From: a virus | Lineage: Duplodnaviria > Caudoviricetes | Direction: 5' to 3' (one strand) | Virus record (IMG/VR): IMGVR_UViG_3300005512_000247 | Span: 1-28,559 of that record | Length of the DNA stretch: 28,559 nt | Shown here: one piece after another, positions 8,597-21,800 of the stretch | Position numbering within the stretch: the stretch's first letter is position 1 | Layout of the letters: the number at the start of each line of letters is the position of its first letter | Made by a program: the position numbers and the translations under genes | Notes under the pieces: generated by a model | Database searches by the model: none | What the model saw: the letters and a program-made list of their open reading frames with translations, nothing else | Told to the model about the DNA's origin: nothing

Positions 8597-8603
8597 TATG
8601 AAC

Positions 8604-9869
8604 ATGGCAACTCAAGTACAATTTAGAAGAGGAACCACAGCCGAACATGCTACATTTACCGGTGCTGTGGGCGAAGTTACTGTAGACACCACCCTTGATA
8701 CTCTGAGAGTACATGACGGTGCTCTAGCGGGTGGTTACAGAATTGCAAAATTTTCAGAAGTTCCTGCTACATTAAATTTTACTGTTGATGCAGATGACAG
8801 TGCTAGTATTATTATACCTACAAATGGCACTGGCAGTTTGCGGTTTACAGGTGGAAACAGTCTAACTTCATCAACTGATTCTGCAGGTACTGTTAGTTTT
8901 AGTTTAGATAAATCCATAGATATAAACACAATATCTTCATCAGATTCAACCAGTGTCACAATTAGCGACGGATTGATCGTCACAGGAAATTTGTCTTTTG
9001 ATGGAGGTGTATCTGTATCTACCATATTAGACGAAGACAATTTTGCTTCAGATTCGGCCACGGCATTAGCAACACAACAATCTATTAAGGCATATGTAGA
9101 CAGTGCAACCACCAGTGGTGCTATTGCTTTAGGTACAGACACGTCAGGCAACTATGTGGCTTCAATCACAAACGGAAGTTTTATTACAGGAGGAGACGGT
9201 GGATCAGAAGGAGCAGGATTGACATTATCTGTTGACGCAACTGATGCCAACACTGCAAGTAAAGTGGTGGCACGAGATGCATCAGGCAATTTCTCAGCAG
9301 GCACAATCACAGCTAATTTGACAGGGAATGCAGACACATCTACAGAAGCAACCAATGTGACTGTGACAGCCAACAACACCACCAACGAAACTGTGTACCT
9401 CACATTTGTTGATGGTGCCACAGGTACACAAGGCATTGAAACAGACACCAACCTATCATACAATCCATCAACCAACATTCTAAGCACCACAGCTTCTCAG
9501 GCACAATATGCTGACTTGGCAGAAAGATATTCTGCAGACGCAATTTATGATGAAGGACATGTTGTAGTTCATGGCGGTGCCAAAGAGATAACAGAATCAA
9601 ACCAGGAAAACGACACACGCATTGCAGGCGTAATAAGTGAGCGATGGGCATATTTGATGAATCAACAAGAGGATGGTCCTGCTGTTGCACTCAAAGGCAA
9701 AGTTCAATGCAAGGTTGTTGGTTCAGTGTCAAAAGGCGATCTTTTGGTTTCATCTTCAACTCCAGGTCATGCTGTTGCATCAGAAAGTCCAAATCCCATG
9801 GCAATTATCGGCCGTTCAATGGTGGATGATGCAAATACTCATCCAAGAAAAATTTTCATTAAAATTTAA
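8604..9869 (+). CDS. Fibre/adhesin protein with Mtd_N-like N-terminus and Peptidase_G2-like C-terminal chaperone (likely start 8604)
   Basis: MATQVQFRRGTTAEHATFTGAVGEVTVDTTLDTLRVHDGALAGG matches the major tropism determinant N-terminal module; C-terminal AQYADLAERYSAD...VALKGKVQCKV...KGDLLVSS is paralogous to the 487-aa gene. Confidence 0.8.
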   Translation: MATQVQFRRGTTAEHATFTGAVGEVTVDTTLDTLRVHDGALAGGYRIAKFSEVPATLNFTVDADDSASIIIPTNGTGSLRFTGGNSLTSSTDSAGTVSFSLDKSIDINTISSSDSTSVTISDGLIVTGNLSFDGGVSVSTILDEDNFASDSATALATQQSIKAYVDSATTSGAIALGTDTSGNYVASITNGSFITGGDGGSEGAGLTLSVDATDANTASKVVARDASGNFSAGTITANLTGNADTSTEATNVTVTANNTTNETVYLTFVDGATGTQGIETDTNLSYNPSTNILSTTASQAQYADLAERYSADAIYDEGHVVVHGGAKEITESNQENDTRIAGVISERWAYLMNQQEDGPAVALKGKVQCKVVGSVSKGDLLVSSSTPGHAVASESPNPMAIIGRSMVDDANTHPRKIFIKI

Positions 9870-12800
9870 AATAAACTTATATCAGTTGATTTATCTTGCA
9901 AGAATAATACTTCTACACCAGTTGCTTGTTGCAAACCTAAACCATTTGATGGCGAAGTTGCTCCTTGATCGTACCAAACTGCACCTGTTTTTTTGATAAC
10001 ATTGATTTGTACTCCATTTGCAGGTGCAACAGTGAACACAATTGCACTGCTACTGTCTGACCCAACTGTGAAATCTGTGGTTTTGGAACCACCAACATAC
10101 ACAACAATATCTTGTTTGCTGGCAGGGACATAAGCCAGTGCAAAAGACACGGTGCTTCCGTCACCTGTGTATGTTGTGGTTGTTGTAGTGTCTTCATATG
10201 GTATGTTTTGTACTGCTCCTGCATCAACAACTTTGATGCCTTTGTCATGTGACTGAATGGCGGTACCCAACGTTCCACGGAACAAACTTTTCAGTGTGTT
10301 GCCATCTTTTTCAAAATAAGCAATTCTTTCTTTACCAATGAATACAACTCCAGGTGTGTTGCTGGTCCTATCAGGATTGCCCAACACCGAAGCATCTTCA
10401 ACAACTATTTCAGTGCTGTCTTTGTCGATAGATGTCATCAATTTTGTTGAGTGTGCAGTGGCTATGCGTTTGTAGTGATATCTGTTAAGGATATCTTTGA
10501 AAATTCTGTATCCAATTGCTTTTTTCTGCACAGCACCTGCCACATAGGTAATTGTTATTACATCACTGTTTGTAAGATTTCTGTCTGGCAAGAATATTTC
10601 ATTGCCAACCAACACATAGTCTATGTTGGCAGTGAGATATCTTTTATTCACACTAAGGAACACATAACCGGTGTTCAATGGCGTAGCACTCAATCTATAT
10701 CTTCTAGCCACCACACCTGCTGAAAACACAGATCCTTCTACAAATCCAAAATCTTCATCTGGCGGGACACTAACACTTAAATCTCCTAAGTCTTGAGAAG
10801 TAAGCACAGCATCTGAAATAGAACCTCTTTCTATGCTACTGATTGTCACAGTGCCTAATGAACCTAAGAACAATTCAGTACGCAATGATTGTGTGTCATG
10901 GTTTGAAAATGTTGTCACAAAAACTCTTTCTGCGTCAATTGAGGAATCATCGTTCCATCCGGATTTGAGCACTAACTTACCTGTGCCGTCCAACTCATAA
11001 TCATGTCCGCTTTTGAACACCACCGCAATCACATCTCCATCATTTGGAGTATTTGTCATGGTGACAACTTTCCTACCTTCCAAGTTTGTTGCTATCGCGA
11101 AGTCTGTTGAAGCATCTAATTGAACACCGTTCAACCAAACTTCTGTATCAGTGATGTTAGCAAGGTCGGAATTAACCGGCTCAGTTGGCACAAGGAATAC
11201 AGACGTAGAGCCATCACCTTCATAATAGGCAACTTGTGGTGGTTCCAATCTGTATCTATTAGATTTATCCGAACCAGATACACCTTCCACTATAACTTTT
11301 TGGTGATAAGGACCGGTTATCAATGATATAGGATCAATTTGAATTTGAAATTCTGTCGAATCTGTGTTTATGTTTGTATACTCAGTAGTGACTACTTCAC
11401 TAAAAGCCTTTGTTCCGTCTGCTACATCAAACAGAAATATCTGAATGTCAGCATTTACTGCCGGTGGAGATGAAAATACAACATCTGTGTTTACAATATT
11501 TTTTTCTAAAGTCACTGTGGTTTTAACTCCATTCACAAGCACATATGATTGTGTAACAAGATCAAAATTTATATTCATGTTAAAAGTGTCAGTGGTGCCA
11601 TCTCCGACAAATGATTGTTCTCCCAAAAGACCACTTGTTGACACTTGTATCACTGTGATTGAGATTATATCGTTTACTGTAGGTGCTGTAATAAATGTGA
11701 TTGTATTGTTTAGATGATCAACTGTGTAATCTATATCTCTTTTCCTAAAATTATTGTTTACAAAAACTCTGAGTCCATCCACACTTCCTACTTGTGGTGT
11801 TGCAAATATTTTTGTGTTGCCATCGCCACTGTAATTTTTTTTGAATATGTTGGAAGCATTATCGGTTTGTCTGGTGTACACTTTCAAATCCATAGTGTCA
11901 TACACTCCGCCAGGAAGCACTTCTTCTGGAGCATGTGCAGAATATTCTGAAATAAATGCATCGCCCACCACATTGATATCTTCAGGCCTTGTGCCCAAGT
12001 CTGTTGTGAATGTGCGAGAATCTAACACTTGTTCAAGATTTTTTGGTGCGCCAGCATCAGCAACAACAATGTTGGTGTCATATTGAGTGTCATCGAATCC
12101 TGTCAAATCATAACCTGTGGATCCTGTGAACGATAGACCAGAAACTTTTACTCCTGGATATTCAATGCCATCCATCAGCTGAGAATATGCATTTATAGTG
12201 GTTGATCCATCTCCTATCAGTCCAGCCATGCCAGCTGTTGGATCATAAAATGCATTGATTCTGTCTGTGGCTGTCCATTTTTTTATTGGATTTGTGTTTG
12301 CAATAGACGATGAATCAGAAAGCAACACATTTTCTTCAAAGGTGTTGCCGCTGGTGAAAGATTCTTCAACACGATATATTTCATTGAGATATCTTATGTT
12401 TTGACCTGCTGTGTAGTTGGTGAATTTTGTCCAGTTCACAATTGCATTGTTTTGTGTGGATTTGAGTGTGTTGACTCGATCAAATTTTATTTCTGTGTCA
12501 AACGATCTGATTTTGTTGTTCAACAACTCAGCATGAGCAGTGGCTGACACTGTGACCGATGATCCTCCACCCCCTGCCAGTGTCACTGTGGGCGTTGATA
12601 CATATCCACTGCCTTGATTTGTTACTGTGATGCTGGCGACTTTGCCATCACCAAGGATAGCAACTGCCTTTGCACCAATACCTCCACCACCTGTGATTGT
12701 GACCACTGGCGGCTCAGTATAACCTGCTCCTTGATTATCAACCACAATGGCACCCACAGTGTACTTGTAGTTTTCTGCATACTGTTTCCATGGGTTGGTT

Positions 12801-15800
12801 TCATATATGGCAGGCTGTGTGCTGTCATTTTGATTCACTGATGGTGCAACGTACAACTCGCTGACTTTGTCATAATAACTGCGGTTGTCGAAGTCCGTTA
12901 TATCACCTGCAAAATTATCTTGATTGTTGTATGCAGTGATGTCTTCTCGCACAGTGGTTTTGAAGGGTAACACTTCACGCAAAAATTGATTGATTGCATC
13001 TGAAGTTTCAATCTGAAACTCTCTCAATTGTTCAAGATCAGAATATGTATTCACTGCTTTGACAAAAGAGGTTTTGAACACCCAATCAATTTGTTTGTTT
13101 TCTAACTGTGCAATTCTCACGCCCAAGAAAAACAATTGATTGTACAGCACAGCATCCTCGTCAACAGCAAATGATAGAATTGCCTCGAGTATGTTTCTCA
13201 GTTCTGTCACTGCTTCAGCATCATACAATGCACTGCCATATGCATCAGCACCGAATCCAATTTGATTGTTGGCATAGTCATACAGTCCTGTGGACAGTTG
13301 TATGGTGCCATTTTCAATGCCAATGGTGTTCCAAGCAGATGCTGTTTTTTCGTAGAATCTAAATTCTCCATCGTAAGAACTTTTGACTTTAACGACATCG
13401 CCTCTTGCATACTGTGTGTTGAGTCTTGTTCTTTCATCATTTACCACATAATCTGCAACAATTGTTCGATCATATCCTTCAGCATACCAGTCTGCAAATG
13501 ACCAATAGTTTCTGGTGTCATAGGTTTGTTGTGATGTTCTGTTCCAGCTGGTGCCGCTCCATTCATACACCGCCCATCCATTTGCTGATGTTGAGTCTGC
13601 CAGCACTAATATTTTATAGCCTTGGTCAATTTCTGCAGTGTTGACATATGCCAAATCAGTGTCTGTGTCCACAGAGATATCATATTCGCCCAAAGTCGCA
13701 CTTGGCAGGGGATCAACTTTGTTCAATTTTGATAAATCCTTGGTGGTTGCATATGGCTTTGCTAAAAATTTGTCGTTGATAAATTGCACGATTATCTTAA
13801 GTGCAGACACTCTGTCTTTGTACCAACTTTGTCTTGGTCTATTGAGGTTTCCGTATCTTAGGCCTTCTGGTTGAGAAACATCAGGCACTGTGCGTCCTGA
13901 TTTGGTAAATCCAATCAAACTGTCAAAAAATTTGTCTGTGAGATACTGAGGAATAGCACTGTTCTGATCTCCCTTGGCGATCAAAACATGTTCGGTGTGT
14001 TTGGGCAATTGTTCTGCATCTGTGGTGTTTTCAAACTTAAATGCAACAGCATCATTGGACAACAGTCTCCTATCAAGATTTAACAACACAGATTTTGTGT
14101 CAGTGAAGGCAGCATAATTTTGAGAAAATGATGTAGGATCCTCAATAGCCCTTGCAATCTGTTGTGATGAAACTGACTTATTTTCTGCAACAGAGAAACC
14201 ATTAGCCACCCAGAAGAAATATTTTTCTACAAACTTGGATTTGTTTGAGTCAAATATTCTTTTTGTCACAAAACTTTCTTGAGCTTGTCCAGTGATGCCA
14301 AGACTGGTGCCTTCATTTGTTCCACTCAATGCATTGTATTGTTGGGGTTTGATGTCACTTGATGTCCATTGCTTTACACTTACTGCAGAATTAGGATGCA
14401 ATTTGCCCCAATTGACTAATCTATCATCAAGAGATCCTTGTTCGTACCATATGAATTTAAACGTTCCTATGTCTAACCATATTTCGCCAATGTGATCTTC
14501 GTCCCAAGCGGAATAACTTGCTGGATCAAATTTGGTGATGTAATCAATATTTTGCTGTATTTCAGGAAACAGTCTTCCTTTGGCAGGATCTAAAAATGGG
14601 ATGTTTTGTAATAATGCGCCATTTGTTTTGCTGTACAAGAATGTCTTGTTGATTTTGTGAACATCGACCAAATTTGGTTGAGTCTGCACAGTGTTCCATC
14701 CTAAACCTTCACTTGCTTTATTGTACGTGAACAAACGCCCACTGGTGTTGAGGCTGGTGTTGAGCAATGGGGCTCCTACATAAACAAATGTGCTGGCCAA
14801 TGCCAAAGCAGATCCATAGTCTGCACCTGTTCCCAATGTTTGGTTGGGTTCAATCTTTTGCACAAATTTAAATTGTGTGTTGAGTTTGTTGAATATTTCT
14901 ACTTGACCACTGTCATCCTGCATGTCAACAAATAGTGTTGTGTTTTGATCAAAAGTTGTGTTGCCAATTGATGTGGAGCCATCTTGCAAAAATCTGTCAA
15001 AAGTCATGTTTAATCTGGAATCTCCACGCACACTTTGTACCACCAATGTGTTGTTTTGTAAAGCAACACTTTGTCCAAATCCTTGATTTACTTGAGGTTT
15101 TTTTGATTTGATTGTGTCATTGAAACCATATTGGCTCACAGTGATAGATTGACCACTTGCAGGTGCAGTGGATAGCGTCACAGTATTGGTCGAGCCATCT
15201 ACCCTATAAAAATTTGTAGTGGAACTGTCATTGCCATCATTGAATGAAAAATTTTCGTTGCCAACAAAAACTGAAATGTTGTAAGAATGATCGATTGTGT
15301 AATCAACAGTAAATGCTGTTGTTGATCCATCTGCTGTGAATGTGGTGCTTTGATTGACGTAGTGATAGACTGCACCTTCTACTTGTTCTGTGTCGCTAAA
15401 TTTGGGTGCACCAACCAATAAATCTGTGCCTGTCTCACTCAGTGCAATCGAAGTGCCAAATTCATAGTCAAAATTTGTGTCTGGCTGTAGAGTTTCATTT
15501 TGATAAAATGTATCATTTTTCAATCTATAAACATATACTCTGCCTTCGTTGGAAGAAGTTGAGTCATTGTCATACTTGGGCGATCCAATCACCAGTGTCT
15601 GCCCGTCTTGTGCAAATGCCACAGTGTCGCCAAATCGCGATCCTATCTGACTGTCTGCATCTGGAATCAATGTTTGATGGATGTCATATCTGCCGTCTGT
15701 GTACTTGAATACAAACACTGTGCCTCTTTCTGCACTGGCAGAATCATCTGGTGAGCCAGGTGATCCAACTGCAAGGTAGGTGCCGTCACCCGACACTGAC

Positions 15801-18800
15801 ACTGCAAATCCAAATTGGCCGCCTTGATCAACATCAGGACTTACAATTGTTTGATTGATACCAAAACTCAATCTTGCATCTCTATTGATCCAATGCACTG
15901 CACCTTGAGACACAGCATCTGATCCTGTGACAGCTGTAATTGTCAACACAGACGATGAGTCACCTATATCAAGTGGTTCATTTCCAAAATTAACACTGGT
16001 GGTGACTTTTACCCAAATGATATCATTGTCCCAATCAACGTCTAAAATTTTTCCTTGTGCTCCTGTGTCGGCGCCAGTAATGACTGTGCCACGGACAAAT
16101 TCTCTGTCTGTGGAACTCAGTGTGAGTTTGACAATGTCTGACGTTGTATGCGAGCTTGCAAATAATCTGTTGCCATTGGCTGTGATGGCAAGTGCTTGAC
16201 CAAATCTGTCAGAGGCATCTGTGTTGCCTATGTCCAAAGTGATGTCATTGCGTAATCTAAAACTTTCACTTGATGTGCCTTTCAGATACACAAATACTTT
16301 GTTGACACCTGGGGCTGATGTTGCCAGATACAAATTGTCTGTTGACACTGCCACTGCGGTTCCAAGTTCGCCATTGGCTTCTTCTTCAGAAGAAAAGTCG
16401 TTGTCCGTTTTCAAATAATCTGTTGATTGTGATTTTTGATATACTTTCCACAGGCCATTGTTTGGGTATTGCAGTTGATAATTGTTATCAACATACACAT
16501 AGTCTCCTATGGCGAAACCTTTGTCTGGAGTGATGATATCTATGTCGTCCATTGAGTTGATCCTGATTGACTTCAATACGCCAACAGATCCCACTGAATT
16601 TGTGCTGTCAAATGTGCCATCAAACTCAACAGAAAATGTCTTGTCATTGTCTGTGCTGTCTGACACACTTGCTTGATAGATGCCGTTGATGGATTCATTC
16701 ACTCCTGTGATCACAACATAATCATTGGCCTCAATGCCATGTGGTTCTTTTGTTGTGATTTGTAGTATCGAATCAAACTGTTTGTAAGACTCAGTGCTGG
16801 TATTGAGTGAATTGAATCTTTTGACGTCCCAATCACCTGTTGTGGTGTTTGCAATCCAAATGGTATGCCCTTCTGTGATGCTGTTGACATCAAGATCCAA
16901 CAATTCTGCTTCATTGTACACAGTTTGAGAAACTTGTGATGGCAACACATATCCTGCCACAGGATATGAAAAGATAGATTGCACAGTGTTGGCATGATCA
17001 GAATATGACAAGGTCTGTATGGGATCTCCTGTGAATGCATATGGTTTGATAAACAGATCTCCATTGTTTTGGCCAACGCTCAGTATTGTTTGTGTGTCCT
17101 GTTGTTTGTTTGCAGTGATGTTATAGATATATTTTGGCTTCCTATGTTTGGATTCATCAACTGTGAAAGCAAAATCTTGTTGGGTGCGGTGTCCGCCATA
17201 CTCTCCCACTCTGAATGCATATTCTTCAAATAGATCAAATGAATTGTTTTGTCCTGATTGTGGTTGTGATTTGAATTTTTGTATGGGAGACACAGTGCCT
17301 TTTTCACGCAACATGCCTTGATAAAATTTAAATTGTGTGAGTTCTTCCAAGCCAAGATCATTCATGTAGTCTCTCTGTTGATAGCCAATCAAGTGCTGTG
17401 CGTATCGTTGCTGTTCAGCATCAAAATTGTCAGAATCAAGAGAATAAAAATCCCTAAATGCTTCTGCTTTGGCATCCCAGTTTGGCAACATTTGTTTTGT
17501 GGGAGTTTCTTCTTTCAATCTGTAAAATTTTGGTGAAAAATTTTCTTCACTGGTGTGGTTTGCAATTACCACATATGCTTGGCTTTGGTGGGTGAGAGAT
17601 TCACCTATCTTGTAATCAGTGTATGGAGACCAAACTTTGAGCTTGGCTTGATCAATCACATAACCAGGTGCATACAAATCACCGTTCCAATTGGCTGTTC
17701 TGAAACCAACAAGTTTAACTCTGTCTTGTCTGTTGCCCAGCACTTCATCAAAGATCACATCTTTGAATTGAGATGTGTTGTTCAACAGAATCACATGTTC
17801 TTTTTGCACTGCTCTGATGTCTGCATTGTAGATTCCATCTTCAACAGGATTAGTAATCAACTCAAACACACCATCTTGTCTTTTGGTTGTAAAATTGGAT
17901 GGATTGATGGGCAGTCCATCTTGTTGCAACACTGTGTAGTATTGATCAGTGTCTGTGAGGTCATCACCTATGGTGTTTTCTTTTTGGAATTTCAATGATT
18001 GTGCGGCAGGAGAAAGTGTGATCACTGCGTTGCTGTTCCAGTTTTGTGTGGTCCAAAATAAAAATTCTTTTACACTGAGTTGCCAATCAGCAGGATTTTG
18101 CAGTTCAGACACAAAATTGTCAAATATAAAGCCTTGATTTTCAAGGTGTCTGCTGTATCCAAACAAGAAGTCAGCAACTTCCTGAGCATTTTTAAATTCA
18201 GTGCCATATGGCACCACTGTGGTGGTGGGTTCATAATTTTTGTACTTCTTAACACTCACACCCCCTTTGAGTGGTAGAGTTGTTCCAATTTCACTCCATT
18301 GTGCTTCATTGAAAGTTTGTCCGCTGGATACATCAGACAGTGCCCTGTAAAATACACCCGCTTGTCTCACTATCGATCCTTGTGTGTAAAATCCTCCTGC
18401 TTGCCATTCAACAAAAGAATCTGTGGTGGCACCAACATTTATAATGTTGAAATCATTGTATTTTTTTGGTGCAAAATATTCAAAAGTGCGATTGTAATTT
18501 GCGTAACCTGAAACCTTGTATCCTGTGGCAGTATTTTGCACAATCACGCCACTGTAATTTGCTGTGACCACAGGAGCACTTTTGTACAGAAGTATGTCAA
18601 AATCTTCTTGCGGTAAAAACACACCCTTTGATGTGCTCTGCGGAGACACACTACCAACAGCAACTTGAAGGTTATCTTTGTTGGTGAATCCGCCCAACTT
18701 GTAAGACAGTTGCACAGAAATATTGCCAAATCTGTCAGCGATGTAAGTGGCGGCGTTGTATCCAAGATGTTTGACATAGTCAGACACTACATTTATCCAT

Positions 18801-21800
18801 CCCGAAGTTTGTGTTGAACCAATAGGCAAAACAATATCATTAGGCGATTGTCTGTATAAATCATTGTATACAAACTGGTCCATGATATTTTTGCTCACTC
18901 TTGATGAGTCCACAAACAATCCTGCATATCTGCCTGGTTTGGCAAAGAACTTTGCCACTTGTTCTGCAAATCTGTATGACGAAGATCTTTTCCATGCAGA
19001 TTCCGCCGGACCACCGTCACCGTATTTCCAATTGGCCGATTGATCTCTGTCAAGCACAGTGGATTGTCCTATGATACCTGCATTAGTTGGTGGTGCCAGT
19101 GCACCTGTATCTGTCACCGGCAGCGTGTTGAGAACTCCGGGTTTCGCATATTTTGAATAGTACCCTGCTCGTTCTCCTCTTGCAATGAATCCTTGTTCTA
19201 CATCTTTCCACAACAGCAGATTGCCTCTGGTGTACGGTGCACTACCATATCTTTCATCCCACCATGAAGGTTTAAACATAAAGCCAAATATCTGCCATGG
19301 AAATTTGTGCGGATATTCTGTATCAAACCATTGACGATATATTTCTCTCCAGTGTCCTGGCAACACTGTGTTGTCTATGGAGTTAACATATTTAGAATAG
19401 TTCCAGGTAAAATCATTTGATGCATCATAGATATCATTGGTGGTGTAATCTACTCCGTATGTGCCTGTCCAAGTGTAGAAATCTCTTGCAAAAAGATCAA
19501 GCAATTCTTTGTTGGTGTATTCATTACTTCTAAAAAAACCATAATTGATGTTGACAACTTCTTCATCATAATCGATTTTAATATTGTTGAATATCTTGCG
19601 TTCAAATTCAAGCAACACATCATCTCGACTGTCTCCATATGCAACTGTGATCGAACCATCATGTCCTCTGATCACATCAAGACCCAACCCGTCTGTGGTC
19701 TGGAAGGTGTCATCTTTGAATTTGATTGGTTCAAACTTTGGAGCCAACCCAAGTTTTGCAGGTGTAGCTGGCACAAAACATCCATCTGTAGAGTTGTATT
19801 CTACAATTTTTATTTTGTCGTTCACAGACAAACTTGTTTTGATTTCAATGCCGTCCTGATTGGAAGAATCATCCACTGATGTGAACTCATAATCTTCTCC
19901 GAACAACAGTTGGCTGTCATTGAGATATACATACACTGCTCTTTTAGAAAGACTTGTGAGACTGTGTGGAGCAGAAAGTGGATAGTTGACAACATTATCA
20001 TCCACCACTGTGTAATTCAAAACATTTTTATCATTGCTGATGCCGATCATGTCAGTGTCATAGAATGCCATGGTTGAGGTTTTATTTTCATTGATAAGTT
20101 CAAACAATCTTTCTAAATTTTCTTCAGCTGTGCCATCTAAAGAAATTTCGTTAAATCTTGTGATTAAATTTTGTTTAAGTTTTTCGTATTCACGCCCGCT
20201 GTGTCTCATTGCTTTTGCAAGATTCACAACGTCATCTTTGATCAATATATGTGCCAAAGGATCACTGCCTGAGTGTTGCATGATTAAACTGCCATGATCA
20301 AACACTTTGTCTAAATCTCTCGAATTGTTGACACCTTGCACTGCTCCTTCAAAATCGGACATTTCGTCAACGGCCAGTCTGTAATGCTTGGATATGTCTC
20401 CCAAAGTAAATTTTGTAAAATTTTTGTTTAGGGAATTCCGTTGTAGACTGACAGGCAATTCATAAAAACCTTCTCCTGTTGGTTCTCCCACTGTGGAATG
20501 AGCTTTCACTGTGATGATGTCAGAAGGTTCAATGATGTCTGTGGTTTTGACATACAACCTGTTGTTGATGGTTTCCAATGCATAAGCAGTATAATTAATA
20601 CCATTCAACAACACCTGAATTTCAAGATCAGATAAACTTGATGCCTTTTTGTAATGGTCAACTTCAAAATAATGTTGTTCTATTTCACTTTGATATGACT
20701 TGACAATTTTTTGACTATTTTTTACTGCAAATTTTTTCCAATTATTCAAACTGATGTGTCTTACAGATCCTTTGAGATATCTGTGGAAATGATATTGCCT
20801 GATGTTTTGTTCTACTATGACGCCATCATCCACATATTGAAATGTGCCAGAATTAAAAGTATCGTTGATTCTAAGATCGTTGATCAATCCAAGTTTGTCA
20901 TAAATCACAGTTTGTCCGTACACTGTGTCAGGAGTTCCTTGGGTGTCTGTTGCAATTTCAAACAAAGTTGACCCAGTAAAATTACTGGAAACATATTTGT
21001 TTAAATTGCCAAGGGATGCATGATCATTATCATACACATCAAATTTGGGTTTCTGTTGTACTTTTGTTTTTTGTTGTGACTGTTTCCACACACCGTTTTC
21101 TATATGGTACGTTTTGCCTTTATTGTTGCCTCGTCTTGCTGTGACACTTAGCATCTCATCTGCAATGAAAGATTCTGTCAGTATGAGTTGGATCACAGTG
21201 GTCGAATCTACTTGGTTTGCAACCTGCACAAAATCAACTTCAAATATACGTCTTTGTTGGGTTGGGTCATTTGTAAATGCCACCAGGTCACCTTTGCGAA
21301 GTTCTGTTCCGTCAGCAAAGTAACCTTCTTCTCCTTGCACTTTAGAAAGAGCGTCCGTGGTTTCGTTGTCAATTACATCGATCAACCTGCCATTGTTGCC
21401 ATGATTAAACAATTCCAAATTTGGCAAAAATTCAACAATTGGTCTTTTGGCACGGATTTCTTCAGACAATGCAATGACAGTGTTGAGTTTTTGTTCTGTT
21501 AGTTTAATTGCATCAATATGCACCCACCTATTTGCTCTTGTCCATGCATTGAGGTCTTGTGATGCACGATTGATGGTCCAGTAATCTGGTTTTGTGCTTC
21601 GCGAAATTGAATTGTCGAATCCAGTTGTGTCAAAACCAGAGGTTCCGTCTTTGTCCCAAACTTCGGTGGTGTCTGTACCATATGGTTCAGGAACTTCATG
21701 TGTGTCAATGTCTGTGAATGTGATGTGCTCACCAACACCATCGATAAAAAACTTTTTGTTTGTATAAGCAGAAGTGCCACCTGCTGTGACTTGAACATTG

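Noticed and set aside
8574-8603. ORF-track starts at 8574 (and 6169 for the oxygenase)
   Set aside because: 8574 lies upstream of the TATAAATA box and before the Mtd_N start MATQVQ; 6169 overlaps the upstream gene. Starts at 8604 and 6142 are preferred.
8604-9869. Diversity-generating retroelement suggested by the Mtd_N domain
   Set aside because: No reverse transcriptase, no template/variable repeat pair differing at adenines, and no C-type-lectin C-terminus in the window; Mtd_N is only an anchor module.
8543-9869. Invertase-controlled flip cassette around the plus-strand gene
   Set aside because: No recombinase in the window and no inverted repeats seen at the gene's boundaries; its stop overlaps the neighbouring stop.
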